NCBI GenBank assembly: GCA_036172245.1
Contig: JAYWIR010000027.1
Span: forward strand, 2,728,001 to 2,792,000
Source of the DNA: Raillietiella orientalis
Lineage: Eukaryota
Direction of reading: 5' to 3'
Length of the DNA stretch: 64,000 bases
The notes beneath the pieces are model-generated. The model made no database searches. It was given only the letters and a program-made list of their open reading frames with translations, and was not told the origin of the DNA. Both the position numbers and the translations under genes were made by a program. Below, one piece after another: positions 22,402-33,506 of this stretch (position 1 is its first letter; each line of letters starts with the position of its first letter).

Positions 22402-25400
22402 CGGACAGTCTCAGACGGTGGTACCGGATGCTGCCTGGAGCGGCCACACGCGCGCGACCACTACCAACCGTGCCGTCCGGGAGTCTCGCCTTATCCGACG
22501 GGAAGGTGTGGCGGCCGCGCGCCCCTCGACTCAGGCGAGCGCCTCCGCCATGATGGCTGGGGAGTTGCCGGTCGCTGCGCGCGCCGGGGGCGTCACTTCG
22601 CAGCCGCCCCTCCTCTTACGCGTGACGCGTTCTCGGTATCACACTGACGCGCGCCGGTTCCCGGAACCCTTCTGACGGCACAAGCACGTCCCGGAAACCG
22701 CGGCTCTCCCGGAACGCATCCCGGCGACTTCCTACCTGGCGGACCCCCTTGTCACCGAGATGATTGGTCAAGCGCGAGAGGGTCGTGGCAGCTGGGGCAG
22801 CTGCCGAGGGGGGTGATGGGGCGTTGTCGGAAGGGAAGGAGGTCCCATCGAGAAAGAGGGAGCGTTCCGGAGGAAGCTGCACGAGCTCGTTTTCCAGAGC
22901 GCTGCGCGTGATCCCAGTTTCCGTGTCGGGACTGGGGTGAGCGGTAGCCCCGAGTGCGAAAGTCCGTGGTGTCCCAACTGCTGGCGCCCTCCCTCGTGTT
23001 CTTGGAGCTAAAGGTGCGCCTCCGTGTCCGAGGCGGCGTCCGAAAGAGGGAAGGAAGCGCGCTCGAAGGTGCTGCCGGCTGGTGGACGCACGTCCGGAAA
23101 GCCCGGTGCCGTCCTGGAACGGTGCGGTTTTCGAAAGCGAGAGATTCCCCTCCTTTTCCGAACCACAGTCGTGTGGTTCAGCGCAGCACGAGACACGGCC
23201 CTGCACCTCACCTAGGAGACGGGAGCACCACGCGAGGCGGCGGGAACGGAATCGAAGATACGCAAGCTGCAAAACGCGTAGGCAAGGAATTCGATGCACA
23301 GCTTATCAGCATAGCATGCGAGATGGTCATCTCAGTTCCAAGCAATAGAATGCCACGATGAGGAGCAAACCTCTTCCTTTAGTTTTTTTTTGACGGTTCA
23401 CCACAGGGCAGGATTGCAAAGAAAAGTTTGGTGGAGTATTCCAGCGTCCCGAATCTCTTTGCCGCAACGGTCCTGCATGTTGAAATCGGCTTTCCGTTTC
23501 CGAGGTTCCACGTCTGCTTTTCCACATCGCAAAGTCACCTTAAGAGGAAAGTACGTCTGCTTGTGATACTGAAAAGCATTTCGACTTTTGCACGTTAAAA
23601 GAAATCGGAACACATGAATGGGTGCGGAATGGCGCCACATACGGAAGGCTTCGAATAGTCTGTTACGAATCGGGAAAAATTTTTTCATCGGGACGTCTGG
23701 ATAGCTTGCAATCCCCACGTTATTCTACTGAGAGTTTGGTAGGACGTTTGTTGATGACAACTTGGAGAGATCTGGAGGAGAAAAAATAAAAATAAAAAGT
23801 AAAGGAAGTTGAAGCTAAACACCAAACCAAATAAGAATGGTGGTGGTCTGCCATAATTTGATCTGATGTCGCAATTCCCGTACCATTTGCAGCGGACAGT
23901 CCTGAAAGAGGACCACTGAGGCCGTGCCGTGCTCACAGAAAAGCCTGAGAACATATCTGTGGGACCAAACTCATAGTGCCAGTTTGAAAGCTTCATGAAT
24001 TGTGGTTCTGCTTGCTCAAGATGCATTTCTTCTTGATTTACGGCAGCTATCTTTGTTTTTGTTTTTTTTTAATAAATGAGAAGCTTTGAAGTGCTTTTTT
24101 GACAGTCACAAAACACTCTTGCTGATTTGCTCACCTTCCCTCAAAGAAATCCAGCACCATTTTTTTCTCTTCGTTGTAAGTTTCCACTACCAGATCCTGT
24201 CTTCATTGGTTCACTGCTTTCGAAGATTCTTGGAAAGTATGAATTTTCAAGAATCATTCCCTTATCATACTGTCGCAACATACTTGCATCCTCAGATAGT
24301 CTGAAGGGGCCACACTTGTTCTAATGACTCGAAAACTTCTCACATTTGAAACTGCTTCCTATATCTGATCATGAATCGTCAAAGATTAGGAATGCAAAAT
24401 AAAATGGGAGGCAAACATGTATGAGAGAACTGTGACTAATTCGTTTTAATTTGAACAGCTGCATTGCAAGACATATCTAATGAGGCTATAAAGCAGTAAT
24501 AAATAACAGGGACAGCATGCTCTTGACGATTTATTCGAATATGATAGCATGCTGCGATTCATAAAAAGTACAGCCAAATACTGATGATATCTTTCAGCAA
24601 CACTGAAGTCAAGGAATAATTAAACTGGTTAATAAAGAAATAAGCTCTTAATGGAAGCGTAGAATATTTAGAAAATGATTTGAAAGAATGACAAGATTGA
24701 GGATTTGGGGAAGCCTCCGAGAATTCCAGTTGTCTGGAATTCTCTGAGCTATCCTAGAAATGCAAGGAACAATGTAAATCTCACCAGAAAACAGCAAAGT
24801 ACAGAGGAAAAAACAAAGGATTTCAATCTTTCTCTTTCAATTTTTAGCGTAGACAATAGGATTAAGGTCATGATTATTATAATGCCCAATATGAATGCCA
24901 AAAAAAAGCAAACAGATTCCCTCTAAGACTGCTGTCTCTTGAAATGCTAATGGCATTAATACAAAAATTTCTCATCCGTTATTTTAAAACAAAACAAAAA
25001 AACTGATAACATCATGCTGAAAGTATTGAGTAACTATCAGAATATGCATAAACTCGTAGTTCTGAAAATCTCCGTGGTTTACGATTTCAGATTATGCAGC
25101 GCTGTTTTTTTTTTGCGTGTAGAAAATAGCAATCTTCCCTTTAACTATAAAGTAAAAAGAAAAAAAAAATCATTTCACTTGAAAAGGATATCCTGATTAC
25201 GTATGCATAAAAGGTACATCCCCCCCCCACCTCCCCCAACAGGCTCTCAAGTAATTTCTTGAGCGAAATTCGAGTGAATTCCTTACTCGAGTAGGTTAAC
25301 GTGCTGTTGTTGTCACCCAGAAGCATGCAGGTGCCCTAATGCAGAAAATGTTGAAATAAGGTACGTGTCGCTAGTGAAACTTGATTTATATGAACATGTA

Positions 25401-25771
25401 ATCTTTGCCCATGGTGCAACCGTCGGAATCCAAGATTTCTTTATTGGAATGCCTTTTTTAGTAGAGCTCACATCGAATGAATGCCTTGTGAGTGCAGCCT
25501 AAAGTTTTCAATCTAGTAGTATGCACTTGTCAGCAACCTTGAGTTCATGCTGTTGGTGAATGCATAGTTTTTAAAAATAATTTCGAAGCTAGATTTTGTT
25601 GAAAATGTTCATTATTTGCTCTCATTCTTAAGCGCAAATTTGACGACATTACTTTATTGCAGAAATAAAGTTCCCAGTGCCAGAAAAAAAAAAGAAAAAA
25701 ACCTTGTTGAGAAGCCTGGTTTAGCATTAAGCATGGATCCGGAGCTATCTTGAAAACTATAGGAATAAAAA

Positions 25772-28700
25772 ATGGCAGTGACGACCAGGATGAAAAGTTC
25801 TCAGCAAAAATCAATATCTTTGCTGTTTTCAAAATTGCATGAGGCAATAGCTGAAGTAACAACTCCATCAAAGTTAATGATCGACAAAAAAGTTTTGGAA
25901 AGGACTTGGAAATTAATGGATAAAGTAGTCAGGTGTTGTCAAAATTCTAGAATGCATTTGAAAAATTCTCCCCCCTTTATACTGGATATTTTGCCTGATA
26001 CATATGGTCATTTGTACCAAATTTATGAAAATTATGCAGACAATTTATCAGTCCTCAGTGATGTAGAATATTTTAAAGTATTTCTAGATAATTTAAATCA
26101 GAAGTGTAAGCAAACTTTAAAATTGTTCAAGGAAGGCAAAGATAAAATGTATGATGAGAATTCATGCTATAGAAGAAACTTAACAAAACTTAGCTTGGTA
26201 TTTTCACATATGCTGAGTGAACTAAAGGCTTTGTTTCCTAATGGCTTTTTTGGTGGCACTCAGTTTCGAATAACCAAGAGTGATGCTGCGGAATTTTGGA
26301 AAAATGCATTTGGAAATAAGTAAGTTTATTCAATTTTACATCAAGATGTGCAAGCTTAGTTTCTCTGTTGCTGTAATTCATATTGCTTATTGACTGATTC
26401 AGATGGTCATGAAATGATTTCCCAGGGTTATACGTATTTCACAATTTCGGTTATACGTATTTCACGAATTTCATATTAATTGAGGAACTTTTAGATTTGC
26501 ATTTTATTTTTGGGGTGTGTTCTGTGTGCTGGCCGAAGCTTGCTCTTAGTGAATGCCATTAAAAAAGGAGAGAAACTTTGGCAAGCATTTCTCTCCAAAT
26601 TGATTTTTTGTGTTTCTTATCAAAATTTTAGTATTGTTATACAAGTAGCACCTATTTATTTTGTACCTGCTTTACTTTCTTGCAAAGTACATTTGCATGC
26701 ATGGTTGTAATATGGCTGTGGCTGATGTTTTGTTAACTATCATAGATCAATTCAACAGTGTGTCTAGTTATTATGTAACAGTGTTTTCATTGTGTTTGTT
26801 ACAGTGTTTGTTATTTCTATTTTTAAGGCAGCTGGATTTGTATATTTGATGATATGGTATTGATTATTCCTTTGGCCTATTTTCATAACGTATATATGTC
26901 TGAAAGATTTTAAATTATGGATGAATATTAAATTAATGGTGAAGTGTATAAGTGTCAATTCATAAAATTTTGTATGGAGCCTATATTAGTGATTGCTATG
27001 TCTTCCTTGATGTTTTGGGCCTCTATTAACACATGAGGACTGTGGCAGTGCTATTATTGAACCTCCTATGTATTATGCCTTTAGTAATATTTAGTTTAGT
27101 TAATTTAGCATCAGAAGTCAAGTAACTGAAAATTTTAAGATTTAATAGGTTTAGGTTTTTGCACTACATATCATATCTTGGATGGGTAAGTATCCTTTCC
27201 ATTTTTCATCATTGTAATTAGATGCATATTTCTTTGTCACTGCATCAGCAATTTTATTTCATCATCAATTGTTCTTGAAGTAGTGATATGAATCATTGAA
27301 GTTGAATAGGAAATATGAAACCTTCCTCCAATTAGCATACATTTCCCATATTAGAAGTAATTCTCTCGAACTTTTTTTTTTTTTTTTTTGAGCTGCTAGA
27401 TGTCAGTGATGGAAGATGGATGAGAACTGTCACTGTGCCATTATCGCTTTTTGTCATTTACATCCCAGTAAAAAGACAGTATGTGAACTAAAGGAGCATT
27501 ATTTATGATTCAGTTTTTCGCCAGGGACACTGACAGCATGAGATTTCGGGGGTCGTTTTCCACATCGAGAAATGTAGGCATTCCAATAGCTTGCAGTACG
27601 CATTTACGAAATCAAGTGGATGGGTTTGCGTACCATCGGTTTTTGGTTCCGTGCTTTGACAAATTACATTGGCACGAGCTCAGGAGCCTTTCGTACATGC
27701 TGACTTTCGGTGCACACTGATAAACTCGTATACGCATGAACTTGAAACGCCGATTTTTTGATGATGTCGTCAAGCATCCCTGATGGCAGTCTCTCATAAC
27801 TTCTTGAGGAGTATTGAGGGTGAGAAGACATTTCATAGGGGTTTGCAGCATGGGCCGTGGCAAATCGGATTTCCGCGCCAGCAGTATAATAAGGACGAAT
27901 GGATTTGCCACCTTGCGTGCTTCACACGTGTGGTTTTGATGTCCGCATGCCTGGGGGGTTCTTAATTGGAATCCTGATTTTATGGGAGCGCGTGTTATAA
28001 CATCTTGTTGTTTTTTCTGGATAGTATTATGCTTTCTGAGTAATTGCCTTCTCAAGTTTCGAGTGTGCTGCAGCATCGTAGCACCTCCATTGTATTGTGG
28101 ACAGAGTGCTTGGAGATTCCTCACATGCATCACACTGTGGTGGGATGCACGTGAGGAAGAAAAGGTTCTGAGCAGGTCCTAAGGAAGCTGGAAAACGGAT
28201 ATGAGGCACACACACACACACACATACACACACAAACACACAAAATAGTTTGATAAGTAGGGCAACATGAGAAGCAGCAAGCCGTAAAATATGATCGCGG
28301 ATCTCGGACAGATGAAGGAATTTGAGGCCGATTTCGAAATTTAAACAACTTTGAGACTGCGGTTCTCCATCAGGTTTTACCTTGAATCTTTAGAATCCTC
28401 CGTTTGGGTTTGTTCGAACCGACATAAAAATATTAAGCATTTTCCTAGTGGTCGGTCTCCCAGAAATGAAACCATTTTCAAAATGAAGCCTTGAGTTGTA
28501 AAATTTGAAGCCTGTGGCCTCTGGAGCTGCAAGGCAAACCAACAGAAGGCACAGCTAGGCTGAATACGTGATCAATATGCCCCCCCCCCCCCCCCAAAGC
28601 AAACAGACAAGTAGAAAGACATGTTTCGAGCAGCTAAAAACAGTGTTGAGGAAGAAGAAAAACGAAAAGAAATGCGGGGGCGTGGTATGTGTGTTTCATG

Positions 28701-31700
28701 CTCAAAATTTTGACTTGCGGTTTTCAGCTAATGTGATTGACTCTTGTGGCCACCGAGACGGCGGAGCCACTTTCTCATTGCAGCCCCGTTCCATTCTTAT
28801 GGGGCAGACGCCTCCACATCCTGTTGTCTAGCACTGGGAATTTGTCTTTCACGTTATTGCCGAGAAAAACTCACTCGACCCCCTCAGCGGAATCACTGGA
28901 GGACAAAGGGACTACGTAAGGAAACCACGTCATTGAAAGATGTCGAAAAGAGGCAGTTGAGGCTTGACGATTGAACAAGGAGCAGCACGGAACACTTCAG
29001 AAGGGTTCATTTTACCTCGCTCTGGCGAACGAGAATTGCAAGTCTTGGAAAAGTCTTCTTGTCTGCCGCCCTCGAACCGCGAAAAGCGTTCCATCCGGAA
29101 TGGCAAGTAATAAAGGTGGCTCCTGGAAAAGCGGATGTTGCGAAAACGAAAATCAGATTACGGTGCAGCTGCTACAAACGGGGCATTCCATCCACCCATT
29201 CCTGTTAAAGGAGCAGCAGGCTCGAGGATCTTTCGAGGAATCGGGCGAATCTGTGAGCGGCGGATTATCTGCCGCAGTTTGGCATTCGGACATGGGAAAA
29301 TGCATTCACACATACCTCAGCAATTTTTTTTTCCAATTATCATTAATATCGGCTTTCGTGAGTATCTATCGTGTGACGTTCCGGGATGCAAATTTCGAGA
29401 CGTGGGAAGCCATGGAATGCACGTGCCGGTTGTGGGTTTTCGGCTTCAGAGGCGAATCTTTCCCATCCTGCACGCAGGATCACAAGTGAGGGAATAGTGT
29501 CTAAGACTTGGATGTCTAAGACAATAAGAAATGTTGCTTAATATAAGTATGGAGGAATTGTTCTGTGGTTTTCTGCTTTCCAATGGCGGAGGTGTAGCAG
29601 GTGCACCATAAATCGGTTTTCTAGTAGCCTTCGCGTGTTCTCGTGTTTTCTCGTCCAAGTCCACCCCCATGGGAATGGGTGCTCCGTCGCTTTCAATTAC
29701 CTGTGTCGTGCACGTTTACAAGAACGCACGCCGATTAAGGTGATTCCTATGTGTTGGTTCCGAGGCGATTCTGTCTCATTCCCTGTTGATTGAGGGATGC
29801 ATGGCTTCCTTCATCTCTCCCCGTTTGGTTGTTTGAAACAGTGCTCTTCGTGTTCGTGTTTGCTCCCGTTTCAAACCGGGTGCGTGAGTAAAACGTGGAG
29901 TGATTAATGAAAAGCCATTCATCTTGTTTAGCCAGCAGAACTGAACATCCCGCGGTTCTCACCTGTGTTTCCCATCTCTCTGCCTTTTTCGCTTGCTGTT
30001 CGAAATATTTGCATACTGGAAAATGTAAAAACAAAAAATAAGCTTCCATCATGCACGCAAGAAAAGCATCATCAGTGTACTATTTCAGTAAATAGGTTCT
30101 TCTCAACGTTTACTAGTCTTTTTACGATTGTGCTGTGCGTTGCTTGCAGAAAGCTATGGGTGATGCAAGCTGTGGGTCCTTACCCCTCCCCCAGTGCTTC
30201 TTTCCTTTTTGTTAATTGGAAGTGTATTGCTGAGTTGACTGTACTGATCTGTTTGTGGTTGCTAGGGATTCGTATACTGTACGTAATATTTTTGCAAAGG
30301 TGTATTGCTATTTTCAAACTAGTCGGCCCTATTCTAGAAACAACTGACACGTTGGTTTTTGTTTTTGGGTGTACGTAACTAGAAGTCGCTGTTTTTCATG
30401 CACCATTTCGATTCGTGTGTCTGCACAAATGGTGGTTTCCCATATGTGATGGTTTTTGATTTAGCAAAAGTTTTCCCTTTTGGAGAGACCAGCGTTCGTA
30501 TTTAGCCGTGCAGGAGCATGAATGGTGTTTCTCCCCCCCCCCCATTTTGTTTCTTCAACGTAGGTGTATTAAATGGTGATTCAGCTTTTCCTTCTCTCTC
30601 CGAACCCCCTATTTGCAATGTTTTCTTCCACGTATCCGGATGCAAGAGTGTTTCTCCATTTGTCAGCGAATATTGTCAGTGCAATGACTGATGTTTAGTG
30701 GGAGGACTTTTTTTTTTCTGAGTGGGAAGTATACAGGAACGAGTCCATGAATTTCTGAAGAAATAAATGAATGCATGTTTAGACTTTTTGCAAACTGGAG
30801 TTGAAGGCTGCGTCACCCGCAGTTTTCAGCAAGCACTATTAAAAAGATTAAGAAATATTGGGAAGACTCTTTACTATGATTAGCACGTCAATGTTTCTTT
30901 TTAAATCTCACCAAAACAAAGGATATATGATAAAAGCGTTGATTTTTTGTTTTTTGTTTTTTCCTTTTGAATTTCTTCGAGCCAAGTGCAGTGAATGTGC
31001 ATTCACCACGGATAAGTCGTTTGTCTGTTCCAAGAGTGAACAAAACTCGGAACAAAACTCTTGGAACAAGAGTTTTGTTCCAAGTCACAGCATGGTAATT
31101 CGAAGCTGTTGCGAGCCTCGGTGATTTCGCCCTCGGCACCAAAAGTGTTCTTGGTTTGTGTTTTTGGGCTGCTGTACCAAAACGACTTTGCTTCCTCTGC
31201 CATGTTCTCCATCCGTGCGAGCAGTGGATGTGTTGCTGAGATGGCATGCGGTATTCCCATGGTCTTCTGTCGGGGTCGTACAAAATACAGATCAAAGCAG
31301 TACATGGCATGCCCGAATCGTTGCGAACGTGGGCGCCTCGGACGTTTCTGATTTTCCTTCTGTACTTAACCTGACACATTTCACCAGACGGCGTGTGTGT
31401 TCCTGTTATTTTATAGGAATTTGCACAGCTTCTTCTATGAACAAAGTAAATCAAAAAATATATTCTGCTCCACCTGTGGCATTTCCCCCCCAATCGTCTC
31501 GTTTCCTCAGAAATCATGGTTTTATCGATTCAAAAGCGATTTTTCCTCCTTGAACTTTTGTGTGAATAATTCGGCTTTGCTTCAAATTGGCGGCAGCATT
31601 CCAAATAAATCTGATTCGTAATGGATCCTTTGGTTCCACACGAATATTTTCCCTTGTTTGGACGTCGCCTGGAGCCGTCGTTTTTATCAAATAGCAACAT

Positions 31701-33506
31701 GAGAACACGAGACCATAGAATACATGGAAGATCACATTATTATGTATGTGATACATGTTCCTCCGCGGGAACAAAATTATGAAATTGCTTCTCCGTTATT
31801 CCTACTCGTCCCAAGGAAAGCTGGAAGGTGGGGGGAAGAGTCAGGTGGTCATCGTATTTTGACTTGTGAATGATTTTCGTTTGAACTTGCGATTACGTGG
31901 GGATCGGAAGCACAGAAAGATAACAGAAATGCATTGAAATGCCCACCGATTTGGTTTCCGCAGGCATTTTGCTGGAAAAAGATCCCAGTTTCCGTAATTC
32001 GCGTCATCAAAGTAGCTGCTTTCGGAAGCAATTGCATGCTCAGTTCGAAACCCTATCCGCTGTTATACATGAGAAAACGCAATCGTCAACGGAAGGCAAT
32101 GATCAATGCCGTTGCAAGCATCAGCATGACAAACATGTTGCACGAACAAAATGCAAATGTGCAGCTTTTCTGACTGGAAGTGCCCGGAAGATTTTTTTTT
32201 TTTTCTCACGGTGCAATTGTATGATTTGCAGAACTATCGTACCATGGTGCACTTTCAAAAAAGCTTTGCATGAAGTTCATCCCATTGCTTCAGGCTTGGA
32301 AGGCATGGCATTAAAGTCCACTATTGACCTGACTTGCAATGACCATATTTCCAACTTTGAATTTGATGTATTCACCAGGTATGTTGGATCTTCAACTTGC
32401 CTTGATCTTATTTGCAGGCTTTTCCAACCATGGTCTTCTTTGCTACAAAACTGGCAAATGTTAGCGGTCACACATCAGGGTTACATGGCCTTCATGACAT
32501 ATGATGAAGTGAAGGCTTTACTTCAGAAATACATTGATAAACCAGGCAGGTTGGTAAGAATATCAAAGAATATTTAATGCAAGTGTTCCAGTTACGTGTT
32601 TCGATTATCCTGCACACGATTGGGCCAATGGGCCATTGGATATGTGACTAGAGATGGAACATCCGGTTGCCAAATTTTGCAAACCATTCCCCAAAACAAG
32701 TCCTTGTGTCAGGCTCTTTTGGATGGGTCTCGCGAAGGATTGTAAGTTTCCAATGATTTGATTCAGGTCCAGTGCAGTCCCTACTCCAACAGCTATTTGT
32801 ATCCGGATGGCAAGAATTATAACCCTGATCTATCTCTGGCTGTTCAGGAGGCCCCTGAAGGTCGTATTCAAGTGACTCAGGAACAGTACGAGCTTTATTG
32901 TGAGATGCGATCTAGCTTCCAGCTCTGTAAAATATGTACAGAGCATGACAAAGATGTGCGCATTGAACCTTGTGGCCATTTGTTGTGTACTTTGTGCCTG
33001 GGAGCATGGCAAGAGTTAGATAGTCAGGGAGGCTGTCCTTTCTGCCGTGCTGAAATTAAGGGTACAGAAGCTGTTGTAGTTGATCCTTTTGATCCCAGCA
33101 GTCCCACCAGTGAACTGGAAGAGGATGGAGAGGTGAATAATGAAGATGCGTTGAATTGTTGTATTTTTCCTTCTAGGAAGCAGCTGGATGGAATCACCTC
33201 AACAACAATTTGCGTACCTTAGCACTGTCTCCTTCCCATCAGTGTGGTGTTTCTTCTGTCAGCCCAGGCAGTTCACCCGGAGCTTCACCTCTTGCCAGTC
33301 GTAGCCCTCCTGGACCACCTCCTCTTCCTCCAAAGAAAAATGCATCTCATGTTAGTCCTGCCACGTATTTGCAGTGGCGACCTGCTCCTGTGATTAAGTG
33401 AGAACTTTATTCTCTGCAGAGTGTTTCAGATCTATTGAAATTCCAGGAGAAGTTCACCCGATTTCAGCAAAGACCTGCACCAACTGGTAGTGAATGGATC
33501 CAGTGA
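25772..33506 (+). CDS. Cbl: E3 ubiquitin ligase Cbl, short form (4H-EF-SH2 TKB + linker + RING + short Pro-rich tail), about 513-525 aa
   Basis: Exons 25772-26319 (TWKLMDKVV...[16 protein letters not shown]...[11 protein letters not shown]), 32232-32378 ([24 protein letters not shown]), 32418-32549, 32592-32741 ([19 protein letters not shown]), 32793-33132 ([35 protein letters not shown]), 33177-33350 and probably 33420-33506. Alternative stop at 33401 if the last intron is retained, so the 3' end is less certain. AATAAA at 33935-33940. Confidence 0.96.
26426..26472. repeat. 23-24 nt tandem duplication in Cbl intron 1
   Basis: ggttatacgtatttcac(g)aatttc twice in tandem. Confidence 0.85.
28207..28243. 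repeat. Imperfect (CA)n microsatellite
   Basis: Seen directly. Confidence 0.85.
31026..31084. repeat. Nested inverted/direct repeat with a perfect 15-bp hairpin
   Basis: ggaacaaaactcttg (31049-31063), gaa loop, caagagttttgttcc (31067-31081), plus extra copies of gaacaaaactc and tgttccaag. Confidence 0.85.

Noticed and set aside
27190..27199. GTATCCTTT U12-type donor consensus in Cbl intron 1
   Set aside because: No matching TCCTTAAC branch site or exon found; the Cbl model closes with ordinary GT-AG introns.
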